DNA of 64,000 nt, from positions 139,438,001 through 139,502,000 of the forward strand of contig OZ024742.1 of assembly GCA_964016885.1 (NCBI GenBank), written 5' to 3'. A model generated the notes under the pieces. The model made no database searches and was not told the DNA's origin. It saw only the letters and a program-made list of their open reading frames with translations. The DNA is from Eledone cirrhosa. Taxonomy: Eukaryota. Positions within the stretch are counted from its first letter, which is position 1. The number at the start of each line of letters is the position of its first letter. Positions 1-10,273 of this stretch are shown piece by piece. The position numbers were made by a program, and so were the translations under genes.

Positions 1-68
1 GTATTATAGAAAATAAATAAAATAATTTTTGATCATTATCATAATAAGATATATCTCTGTATTTACAG

Positions 69-92
69 CTGCTGGTGTCCCTAAATGTACAC
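69..92 (+). CDS. Candidate 24-nt micro-exon 1, (x)AGVPKCT
   Basis: tgtatttacAG|CTGCTGGTGTCCCTAAATGTACAC|GTAAGT; canonical sites, length 3n, stop-free in phase 1. Confidence 0.72.
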
Positions 93-227
93 GTAAGTAA
101 TCATTATATAACAATACACATATTTTGTCCATATGAATTATTTTACAAGGATAGCAAGCAAATTTATATTTATTGGTCGATTACAATCTTTGAAAAATCA
201 AATAAGGATTGCTTTATAAAATGTATA

Positions 228-400
228 ATGAAGCTAATGATAACAGAAGCTGAAATACTTGAAGCCCTCAGCGGTTATACGATGAACATATCACCCAGCT
301 ACGGTGGTCTCCTCTATGCGGTTTGCATGATAGAAATGTTCTGCAATGATTATGATAGTCTTCTCTATGAGTTTAACATAGACATGCTAGACTTGTTCTT
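228..400 (+). pseudogene. Decayed non-LTR retrotransposon (L1/Tx1-like) ORF2 fragment, copy A; repeated in each unit
   Basis: Translation ITEAEILEALS..ISPGYGGLLYAVY..DYDSLLYEF resembles the linker motif IT..EI..AL....KSPGxDGxxxEFY that precedes LINE RT domains. Internally duplicated, no RT core. Confidence 0.55.
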
Positions 401-564
401 GACACTCCTTCAACCTGCATGCAGCACAAAGCATTAATACCGGGAATTTCTCTGTTCTGTAATTCGGGGCGTAGTAAAGGTGATATATATTAATAAATGA
501 TCTAAAAGATATTATTTAATTTTTCATTATCACTGTAATGATATATATTTATTTGTATTTACAT

Positions 565-582
565 CGGCTGCTTCTACTAAAC
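565..582 (+). pseudogene. Disabled 18-nt paralogous micro-exon, (x)AASTK; present in every unit
   Basis: Lies at the homologous position in an internal diverged duplicate of the micro-exon block (~510-900 vs ~20-400): tgtatttac[AT/GG/AG] CGGCTGCTTCTACTAAAC [AT/GT]AAGT. No copy has both AG and GT. Confidence 0.55.
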
Positions 583-724
583 ATAAGTACTCATGATATA
601 ATAATATTTATTTTTGTCCATAAAGATAAATTATGTTTGTTACAAGCATAGCAGGTAAATTTACAGTCATTGATTTGTTACTATCTTTGATAAATCAGAA
701 AAGAATTGTTTTATAAAATGTTTA

Positions 725-905
725 ATGAAACTTACTATAACAGAAACTGAAATATTTGCACACCTGGCCGGTTGATCAAGTGGCAAATCACCCGGTTACG
801 ATGGCCTCCTTTCTGAGGTTTACATAGACAAGCTAAACTTATTCTCCGATGGTTATGATGGTCTCCTCTATAAGGTTTAAACAGACATACTTGATTTGTT
901 CTGGG
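725..905 (+). pseudogene. Decayed LINE ORF2 fragment, copy B
   Basis: MKLTITETEIFAHLAG*SSGKSPGYDGLLSEVYIDKLNLFSDGYDGLLYKV*: clear GKSPGYDGL motif at 782 with in-frame stops. Confidence 0.62.
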
Positions 906-1868
906 CATAATCCAGAGAAGTCAGTGTGTCTCCAGCTCACTGCTTGAGTGTCAAATCCATGCGGTTCAACTGCTTTGACAAACACTGGACGGACGGGACA
1001 ATGACATCTTTTGGCGTCGTCTGGTTTTGTCTACACCTCCAGGTGGTTAAGGACTGGGATGAGGTAGCATGGATATACACATACATACACACAAAGGCAT
1101 TGTTTTGATATGCACCCTTTTTTCCTGCTATTAATTTTGTCTCTCACTCTTTTAAGTTGTGAAATAGACTGGTTAGCTACGCACGTGGCTGACACATTTC
1201 AGCTCGCTACTGTATTGCTATATAATGGTTGATCGCATTTAAAGTCCGTTAAAGGTTCTTGGCACTACCATTGTTACCATTGCTTTCCTCTAGCCTTGAA
1301 GACATGAACCGAATGCTACCATTCTATTTTATATCAATGTGAACTGCTATTTCTAATGGCCATCTTCTCACCCCTTGATAATTTGTGTGTGAGACACGTT
1401 GGCTGGGTTCTTCTGACAGGAATGAAAAGATTTATTCTGTTTAGCTTCCCGTCCCCACGTAAAATTTGTAAATCAGTGGCTAGTTGAGAGATAGAGTCCT
1501 ATCGGTTGCCAGTTGCTAATAGCTTTGCCGTGTCAGTCGTCACAAACAGTCATGGCCGGCATAGACTGGTCTTAGGATTCTGTCGATCGATTGGTTATTG
1601 ATTAGGCGATACCCGCTGATCAAGCTGCATAAGCCGATTGTGCATTGTTGCATAATATATGCAGACAGATGGTGCAGTGCACCTTACTGCTGCCTTAGTG
1701 CGGCAGAAACTCGAGTCCGGAAACCTTATAGACACCAGTTTTACGTGCGTTGTGTTGAAACAAATAACTTTGTGTATACTCTGGGAATGTATCTTACATT
1801 GCCCATGGAGTGCGCTGAGATACAACCGGTACTGGCATTGAAAAATATGCTGGGTCCGTCAACCCTTG

Positions 1869-1869
<1 letters not shown>

Positions 1870-1950
<81 letters not shown>
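1870..1950. repeat. (TA)n microsatellite, length-variable between units; landing site for hairpins and Penelope
   Basis: Follows GTCAACCCTTGT in each unit that retains this block; roughly 20 to 130 bp. Confidence 0.97.
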
Positions 1951-1968
1951 GTGAGTGCGTATGTATGT

Positions 1969-2535
1969 AATTCATCGACGACTAAAGCTGCAACCCTGCC
2001 AAGTTTACTTGGTGAGGAGGGTGATTTTGGATACCCTGCAGGACAAAAAACAATACCTAGCAAAGGGCGGAAGAACTCTTAAGAGTCAACAGCCATCCAA
2101 AAATGTGTAAATATGTCTATACATATATATGTATATGTAAATCTGTATATGCATGTGTGCATGTATATGTATATGCGTGGGGACATTGAAATTGTCGGGC
2201 TGGATACGATATCGCGCGGTTAAACCACTGGGAGTGAAGGACCACTAGTCTTTGTCACGGCATTCTTCTAGGAAAAGGCAACTCAGGAAACTGGTATAAC
2301 TCTGACATAAAACCTGCGGCTCAATAGTTGCCGATGATGTTGATCTTTTCTTCTTTTCGGGTTATAGCTACTGTCGCTCAGAGAATGGGATTGGCTCAGC
2401 GCACAGTATTTCCTCACTTTAAAAAACATCTTCACGCACACGCATTGCACAATGGTATTAATTAATAATTATTAATAATGTTATATCGTGCAATGGCCAT
2501 ACTCGATAACAAGGGGGCAGCCATCATGTATGTAT
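1969..2535 (+). mobile_element. Interspersed-repeat-like insert, possibly a non-autonomous RTE-type element; present in most units
   Basis: GC-richer block bounded on both sides by ATGTATGTA microsatellite. CTAGGAAAAGGCAACTC...TAACTCTGACATAAAACCT resembles RTE-clade 5'-UTR sequence (recall, not verified). Confidence 0.35.
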
Positions 2536-3059
2536 ATGATATTAAATAACAGTAAGTGTAAGTAGAATTCTAAAGTGTATATTTTACACACTATATATAT
2601 ATTTCTCAGTTTTCTCAAATGTCGCACGATAGTAAGTCTGTCGAGTGAGTAAAGCAGTCATCGTTCACTTTTAATTACGTTCTGGAGACTAAAATATATA
2701 TAATTACTTATAGGGAGATTTTTTTCTTGAGTAGGTAAGGCGTTACAACGAAATATAAGGCCATATAATGTACCTTTGAATATATTGATTCATTAATATC
2801 GTTTATAAAAAAGAAAAGATTTGCTTAATTAAATGTCGTATATATATGCTGTAAATTGATATATCATTTAATAATAAAACTGACGATATTAGTTCTAAAA
2901 TTGTATTAATGACATCATCTGTATTAGATAGCAAATGTATATAAGCTAGGACTTCCATTAAACTATACATGTTTCTGTAATATATTTTTTTATAAATGAA
3001 AGCAATTCTATCTTCTATATATATATAAAAATGAATGTATGTTTGTTTGTTTGTCCAAA

Positions 3060-3420
3060 GATATAAACGGAGAAAGAGAAATCAACGTATATTCAAACAG
3101 AGAGTGAAACAGCGAGTAGTCTGGCTGCTTTGAACCACTCCCTATATTAGACTGTCTCTAAAGTTATAAACGGAGAAAGAGAAATCAACGTATAGACAAA
3201 GAGAGAGTGAAAGAGCAACGTATAGACAAAGAGAGAGTGCTATAAACGGAGAAAGAGAAATCAACGTATAGACAAAGAGTGAGTGAAAGAGCGAGTGTGA
3301 AATTTTTTTAATTAAAGATAATTTCGATAGAATTAGTATTCTCTCTTTAATTTAATATAATTTCAATAGAATTAGTAAATTCTCTCTTTAATTTAATATA
3401 ATTTCAATAGAATTAGTATA
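3060..3420 (+). repeat. Helitron-internal minisatellites
   Basis: Repeats of TATAAACGGAGAAAGAGAAATCAACGTATAGACAAAGAG (3x here; extra ~120-bp copy in Helitron 3), then ~40-bp AATTTCAATAGAATTAGTA...TCTCTCTTTAATTTAATAT repeats. Confidence 0.85.
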
Positions 3421-3572
3421 GTGTCTGTTTCACATTACTTCCCTTCCACTCCCATTACAGGGAATTCTTTTTCAGCTAGCCCTTAACTAAGTGCTGTAAT
3501 TTGATATCTTCATTTCGTCTGTCCTTATTTTCCTGACCTGGACACATACGTGGACCGACATCATTCCAAGAA

Positions 3573-5405
3573 TTGAGAACAGTAAACGGTCAAGTATGTG
3601 CCACTTATCGTGAAGCTTGCCAAGAATTAAATCTTCTTGAAAATGATGGACATTGGGACACTTCACTCGCTGATGCATCGAATACTGCTCGACCAAAGCA
3701 AATACGCACATTATTCTCAATAATATTGAAAACGTGCTTCCCATCAAATCCAAAAGATCTTTGGGAAAAATATAAAGACTACATGAGTGAAGACATACGA
3801 CATCGTTTGCGTGCAACAAATCAAAATATGAATATTCAATTCACACAAAATGTGTATAATGAAGCATTGGTTTCCATTGAGGTCATATGTTTAGCAATCG
3901 CTAACAAAACATTGGTACAATTGGGAATGCCTGCGCCGAATCGATCTGTAAACGACATTTTCGATCGTGATTTGCAACGAGAAACAAACTTTGATGTCGC
4001 CGAATTGGGTACATTTGTTCAAACGAATCTTCCCAAATTGCTACCAGAACAACGCATAGTATATGACCAAATTATGCAGGCAATTATAAGTCAAAGCGGC
4101 GGATTGTATTTTATAGGTGCACCCGGTGGTACAGGCAAAACTTTTCTCATTTCACTTATTTTGGCAACTATACGATCAGAAAATAATATTGCACTGGCAA
4201 TCGCATCATCTGGAATTGCGGCAACTCTTTTAGATGGTGGCCGAACAGCACATTCAGCCCTGAAATTGCCATTGAATATGCAAATCGCTGAGACATCAAC
4301 ATGCAATATTACCAAAAATTCTGGTATAGGTAAAGTACTCCAATCATGTAAAATCATTATATGGGACGAATGTACTATGGCGCACAAAAAATCATTGGAA
4401 GCGCTTAATAATACGCTAAAAGATTTGAAAGGAAATGAACAGCTCTTCGGTGGCACACTCATTTTATTGTCTGGTGATTTTCGACAAACTCTACCAGTTA
4501 TACCGCGATCAACACCCGCTAATGAGCTTAATGCATGTCTCAAATCATCAGTTTTATGGCGACACGTACAGAAATTAACTTTAAAAAACAATATGCGTGT
4601 ACAACTACAAAATGACGCATCCGCTGAACGTTTCACAAAACAATTGCTGGATATTGGGAATGGGAAAATGGTAATCGATGATTCCACAAAATGTATCACA
4701 TTGCCAACAAACTTCTGTAGAATCACGGCAACCAGAGACGAACTGATTCACAAAGTGTTCCCAAATATTGCGCAGCATTACAAAAATCATCACTGGCTCA
4801 GTGTACGTGCTATATTAGCAGCCAAAAACACCGATGTCAATGCCATTAATTTCAGCATTCAAAACGAAATACGAGGCGAAGCGACAACGTATAAGTCCAT
4901 CGATACTGTAATGAATCAAGACGAAATTATCAATTATCCAATTGAATTCTTGAATTCACTTGATTTGCCAGGCATGCCACCGCACATTTTAACATTGAAA
5001 ATTGGCGTGCCTATCATCCTTCTCCGAAACATCAATCCACCACAACTTTGCAACGGTACCAGACTTTCAGTGAAAAAGACGATGAACAATATCATCGAGG
5101 CTACAATTTTAAATGGAAAATTTAAAGGAGAAGATGTACTCTTGCCACGCATCCCAATCATTCCAACAGATACGCCATTCGATTTCAAACGTTTGCAGTT
5201 TCCGGTGCGACTCGCCTTTGCAATGACTATCAACAAAGCACAAGGACAATCGCTACAAGTGTGTGGACTAAATTTAGAAAATCCATGCTTCTCACATGGA
5301 CAGCTGTATGTGGCTTGCTCACGCGTCGGTAAACCTTCTGATTTATTCGTGTACGCACCAGAAGGAAAAACAAAAAACATTGTGTATCCAAAAGCACCTC
5401 AGTAA
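3573..5405 (+). CDS. Helitron RepHel C-terminal half (Pif1-family SF1B helicase), 5'-truncated
   Basis: Motifs HIRGPTSFQELRTVNG (frame extends upstream to ~3543), APGGTGKT, ASSGIAA, GRTAHS, IIWDE, GDFRQTLPV, Lxx[46 protein letters not shown] start, no HUH Rep domain. Confidence 0.9.
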   Translation: MRTVNGQVCATYREACQELNLLENDGHWDTSLADASNTARPKQIRTLFSIILKTCFPSNPKDLWEKYKDYMSEDIRHRLRATNQNMNIQFTQNVYNEALVSIEVICLAIANKTLVQLGMPAPNRSVNDIFDRDLQRETNFDVAELGTFVQTNLPKLLPEQRIVYDQIMQAIISQSGGLYFIGAPGGTGKTFLISLILATIRSENNIALAIASSGIAATLLDGGRTAHSALKLPLNMQIAETSTCNITKNSGIGKVLQSCKIIIWDECTMAHKKSLEALNNTLKDLKGNEQLFGGTLILLSGDFRQTLPVIPRSTPANELNACLKSSVLWRHVQKLTLKNNMRVQLQNDASAERFTKQLLDIGNGKMVIDDSTKCITLPTNFCRITATRDELIHKVFPNIAQHYKNHHWLSVRAILAAKNTDVNAINFSIQNEIRGEATTYKSIDTVMNQDEIINYPIEFLNSLDLPGMPPHILTLKIGVPIILLRNINPPQLCNGTRLSVKKTMNNIIEATILNGKFKGEDVLLPRIPIIPTDTPFDFKRLQFPVRLAFAMTINKAQGQSLQVCGLNLENPCFSHGQLYVACSRVGKPSDLFVYAPEGKTKNIVYPKAPQ

Positions 5406-5810
5406 AACAAATTAAATGTTCTTATAACGAATTTTCTTTAAATTCGTCAGTCATTCAGTCATTTAAAGATAAATGTTAAAATCTAAAAAATAGAAACTAA
5501 ATTACAGAAGTTTTTAAATAACGATTAAAATGTTAATATTATTCTTTTCTAAATAAGCTTTTTAACACTGAGCGAAGCCGGGTAGCTCCGCTAGTATATA
5601 TATATAAATAGATGAATGATCCGAAAGACAAGAATAAATTGCTAATTATTAACATTATGATATATATGTGTGCCTCATTTAATAATAAGACTGACGTTAT
5701 TCGTTCTAAAATTATATTAATTACATCATTTGTATTAGATAGCAAATGTATAAAAGCTAGGACTTCCATTAAACTATCCATGTTAGTGTAATATATTATT
5801 TATAAATGAA

Positions 5811-5996
5811 GACGGTGGATTGGCTGCATCGGTAGAGGGTCGGACGCCATGCTTTGAAGCATAGAGTTACGGCCCTTGCCATTTTGAGTTCAAACCCCAC
5901 CTAGGTTAACTTTGCCTTTCAACCTTACGGGCTCGATAAAATGAAGTACCAGTAATGTACTGGGTAATTGCTGGCCTTGTACCAAAAGTAGAAACA
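5811..5996 (+). mobile_element. tRNA-derived SINE (sense member of inverted pair)
   Basis: A-box-like TGGC(T/A)GCATCGG and B-box GAGTTCAAACC; 16-bp TSD ATTATTTATAAATGAA at 5795-5810 and 5997-6012. Confidence 0.88.
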
Positions 5997-6076
5997 ATTA
6001 TTTATAAATGAAAGCATTGCTATTTCTGATACAATATCAGTCGATCTGTCTTATTTGAATTTCTTTAGTACATAAT

Positions 6077-6262
6077 TTTTTTTACTTTTTGCACAAGGCC
6101 AGCAATCACCCAGTGCATTGCTGGTACTTTATTTTATCGACCCCCTAAGGATGAAAGGCAAAGTTAACCTCGGCGGGATTTGAAATCAGAATGGCAAGGG
6201 CCGTAACTATATTCGTCAAAGTATGGCGTTCAACACTCTACGGATACTGCCAATCCACCGCC
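6077..6262 (-). mobile_element. Same SINE family, antisense member of inverted pair
   Basis: Reverse complement aligns with 5811-5996 end to end; TSD ATTTCTTTAGTAC(A/T)TAAT on both sides. Confidence 0.88.
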
Positions 6263-6391
6263 ATTTCTTTAGTACTTAATGTTAAGAATTATCGTAACTT
6301 TCAATAATATATATATTGAACTGGTATTATAGAAAATAAACAAAATAATTTTTAATCATTAACATTATAAGATATATCTCTGTATTTACAG

Positions 6392-6415
6392 CTCCAGCTA
6401 CCGCTACATGTACAA
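6392..6415 (+). CDS. Candidate 24-nt micro-exon 2, (P)PATATCT
   Basis: tttacAG|CTCCAGCTACCGCTACATGTACAA|GTAAGT. Confidence 0.72.
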
Positions 6416-8197
6416 GTAAGTAATCATTATATAACAATACACATATTTTGTCCATATGAATTATTTTACAAGGATAGCGAGCAAATTTATATTCGTTGGT
6501 CGATTACAATCATTGAAAAATCAAATAAGGATTGCTTTATAAAATGTATAATGAAGCTAATGATGACAGAAGCTGAAATACTTGAAGCCCTCAGCGGTTA
6601 TACGATGAACATATCACTCGGCTACGGTGGTCTCCTCTATGCGGTTTACATAGACATGTTAGATATGTTTTGCAATGATTATGATAGTCTTCTCTATGAG
6701 TTTAACATAGACATGCTAGACTTGTTCTTGACACTCCTTCAACCTGAATGCAGCACAAAGTATTAATACAGCGAAATTCTCTGTTCTGTAATTCGGGGCG
6801 TAGTAAAGGTGATATATATTAATAAATGATCTAAAAGATATTATTTAATTTTTCATTATCACCGTAATGATATATATTTATCTGTATTTACGGCGGCTGC
6901 TTCTACTAAACATAAGTACTCATGATATAATAATATTTATTTTTGTCCATAAAGATAAATTATGTTTGTTACAAGCATAGCAGGTAAATTTACAGTCATT
7001 GATTTGTTACTATCTTTGATAAATCAGAAAAGAATTGTTTTATAAAATGTTTAATGAAACTTACTATAACAGATGCTGAAATATTTGCACACCTGGCCGG
7101 TTGATCAAGTGGCAAATCACCCGGTTACGATGGCCTCCTTTCTGAGGTTTACATAGACAAGCTAAACTTGTTCTCCGATGGTTATGATGGTCTCCTCTAT
7201 GAGGTTTTCACAGACATACTTGATTTGTTCTGGGCTTAATCCAGAGAAGTCAGTGTGTCTCCAGCTCACTGCCTGAGTGTCAAATCCATGCAGTTCAACT
7301 GCTTTGACAAACACTGAACGGACGGACCAATGACATTTGTTTGGGTCGTCTGGTTTTGTTTACACCTCCAGGTGGTTAAGGACTGTGATGAGGTAGCATG
7401 GACATACACATACATACACACAAAGGCATTGTTTTGATATGCACCCTTTTTTCCTGCTATTAATTTTGTCTCTCACTCTTTTAAGTTGTGAAATAGACTG
7501 GTTAGTTACGCACGCAGCTGACACATTTCAGCTCGCTACTATATTGCTATATAATGGTTGATCGCATTTAAAGTCCGTTAAAGGTTCTTGGCACGACCAT
7601 TGTTACCATCGCTTTCCTCTAGCCTTGGAGACATGAACCGAAAGCTACCATTCTATTTTATATCAATGTGAACTGCTATTTTTAAAGACCATCTTCTCAC
7701 CCCTTGATAATTTGTGTGTGAGACACGTTGGCTGGGTTCTTCTGACAGGAATGAAAAGATTTATTCTGTTTAGCTTCCCGTCCCCACGTAAAATTTGTAA
7801 ATCAGTGGCTAGTTGAGTGATAGAGTCCTATCGGTTGCCAGTTGCTAATAGCTTTACCGTCTCAGTCGTCACAAACAGTCATGGCCGGCATAGACTGGTC
7901 TTAGGATTCTGTCGATCGATTGGTTATTGATTAGGCGATACCCGCTGATCAAGCTGCATAAGCCGATTGTGCATTGTTGCATAATATATGCAGACAGATG
8001 GTGCAGTGCACCTTACTGCTGCCTTAGTGCGGCAGAAACTCGAGTCAGGGAACCTTATAGACACCAGTTTTACGTGCGTTGTGTTGAAACAAATAACTTT
8101 GTGTATACTCTGGGAATGTATCTTACATTGCCCATGGAGTGCGCTGAGATACAACCGGTACTGGCATTGAAAAATATGCTGGGTCCGTCAACCCTTG

Positions 8198-8272
<75 letters not shown>

Positions 8273-9670
8273 AGTGCGTATGTATGTATGTAATTCATCG
8301 ACGACTAAACCTGCAACCCCACCAAATTTACTTGGTGAGGAGGGTGATTTTGGATACCCTGCAGGACAAAAAACAAAACCTAACAAAGGGCGGAAGAACC
8401 CTTAAGAGTCAACAGCCATCCAAAAATGTGTAAATATGTCTATACATATAAATGTATATGTAAATCTGTATATGCATGTGTGCATGTATATGTATATGCG
8501 TGGGGACATTGAAATTGTCGGGCTGGATACGATATCGCGCGGTTAAACCCCTGGGAGTGAAGGACCACTAGTCTTTGTCACGGCATTCTTCTAGGAAAAG
8601 GCAACTCAGGAAACTGGGATAACTCCGACATAAAACCTGCGGCTCAGTAGTTGCCGATGATGTTGATCTTTTCTTCTTTTCGGGTTATAGCTACTGTCGC
8701 TCAGAGAATGGGATTGGCTCAGTGCCCAGTATTTCCTCACTTTAAAAAACATCTTCACGCACACGCATTGCACAATGGTATTAATTAATAATTATTAATA
8801 ATGTTATATCGTGCAATGGCCATACTCGATAACAAGGGGGCAGCCATCATGTATGTATATGATATTAAATAACAGTAAGTGTAAGTAGAATTCTAAAGTG
8901 TATATTTTACACACTATATATATATTTCTCAGTTTTCTCAAATGTCGCACGATAGTAAGTCTGTCGAGTGAGTAAAGCAGTCATCGTTCACTTTTAATTA
9001 CGTTCTGGAGACTAAAATATATATAATGACTTAGGGAGATTTTTTTCTTGAGTAGGTAAGGCGTTACAACGAAATATAAGGCCATATAATGTACCTTTCA
9101 ATATATTGATTCATTAATATCGTTTATAAAAAAGAAAAGATTTGCTTAATTAAATGTCGTATATATATGCTGTAAATTGATATATCATTTAATAATAAAA
9201 CTGACGATATTAGTTCTAAAATTATATTAATGACATCATCTGTATTAGATAGCAAATGTATATAAGCTAGGACTTCCATTAAACTATACATGTTTCTGTA
9301 ATATATTTTTTATAAATGAAAGCAATTCTATTTCCGATAAAATATCAGATGATCTGTCTTATTTGAATTTTTTTAATACTTAATGTTAAGAATTATCGAA
9401 ACTTTCAATATTATATATTGAACTGGTGTAGGAAATAAAGAAAATTATATCGTATATATATATATAAATAGATGAATGATCCGAAAGACAAGAATAAATT
9501 GCTAATTATTAACATTACGATATATATGTGTGCCTCATTTAATAATAAGACTGACGTTATTAGTTCTAAAATTATATTAATTACATCATCTGTATTAGAT
9601 AGCAAATGTATAAAAGCTAGGACTTCCATTAAACTATACATGTTTCTGAAATATATTATTTATAAATGAA

Positions 9671-10122
9671 GGCGGTGGATTGGCAGCATCGGTAGAGGGT
9701 CGGACGCCATGCTTTGAAGCATAGAGTTACGGCCCTTGCCATTTTGAGTTCAAACCCCACCTAGGTTAACTTTGCCTTTCAACCTTACGGGCTCGATAAA
9801 ATGAAGTACCAGTAATGTACTGGGTAATTGCTGGCCTTGTACCAAAAGTAGAAACAATTATTTATAAATGAAAGCATTGCTATTTCTGATACAATATCAG
9901 TCGATCTGTCTTATTTGAATTTCTTTAGTACATAATTGTTTCTACTTTTGGCACAAGGCCAGCAATTACCCAGTGCATTGCTGGTACTTTATTTTATCGA
10001 CCCCCTAAGGATGAAAGGCAAAGTTAACCTCGGCGGGATTTGAAATCAGAATGGCAAGGGCCGTAACTATATTCGTCAAAGCATGGCGTCAAACCCTCTA
10101 CGGATACTGCCAATCCATCGCC
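9671..10122. mobile_element. Inverted SINE pair; also at 18819-19270, 22696-23147, 26504-26955, 30930-31382, 34773-35224, 40081-40532, 43914-44366
   Basis: Copies of the 5811-6262 arrangement. Absent before micro-exons 4, 12 and 13; the region before micro-exon 1 is outside the window. Confidence 0.88.
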
Positions 10123-10249
10123 ATTTCTTTAGTACATAATGTTAAGAATTATCGTAACTCTCAATAATGTATATTGAACTGGTATTATAGAAAATAAATA
10201 AAATAATTTTTAATCATTATCATAATAAGATATATCTCTGTATTTACAG

Positions 10250-10273
10250 CTGCTGGTGTCGCTGAATGTACAA
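10250..10273 (+). CDS. Candidate 24-nt micro-exon 3, (T)AGVAECT
   Basis: tttacAG|CTGCTGGTGTCGCTGAATGTACAA|GTAAGT. Confidence 0.72.

Larger units (their letters stand above)
3011..5594 (+). mobile_element. Helitron, internally deleted (no Rep domain), copy 1
   Basis: 5' A|TC...ATATATAAAAATG terminus; 3' GC-rich subterminal element GAGCGAAGCCGGGTAGCTC then CTAG|T; internal Pif1-like helicase; absent from 10 of 13 units. Confidence 0.93.

Noticed and set aside
40-130. CRISPR-like reading (constant flanks around a variable 24-nt spacer)
   Set aside because: The variable segments are homologous to each other, bounded by splice sites, kilobases apart, and in eukaryotic DNA with no cas genes.
75-437. 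Recurrent 69-123 aa ORFs (MSLNVHV.../MKLMITEAEILEALS...) as a tandem gene family
   Set aside because: Longer forms use non-ATG starts and read through the micro-exon donor. The conserved part is a decayed LINE KSPGxDG fragment whose paralogue at 725-905 has stops; recurrence reflects the tandem repeat.
1595-2063. Overlapping ORFs MIRRYPL..., MQTDGAV..., MYLSALH..., MLGIVF...
   Set aside because: No recognisable motifs; broken in several units; they extend through (TA)n as IYIY runs.
2714-2740. Recursive splice site (Yn-TAG|GTAAG)
   Set aside because: An intervening AG is present, and the AG before GT is lost (TCG|GT) in units 11 and 12; a 21-nt exon end or chance explains it equally well.
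4091-5380. 211-aa and 148-aa minus-strand ORFs
   Set aside because: Antisense shadows of the Helitron helicase frame.
6392-6415. Similarity of the CT/TCT repeat to beetle TCT antifreeze proteins
   Set aside because: Only one copy has TCT, and the period is 8 with one Cys rather than 12 with two; no support for homology.
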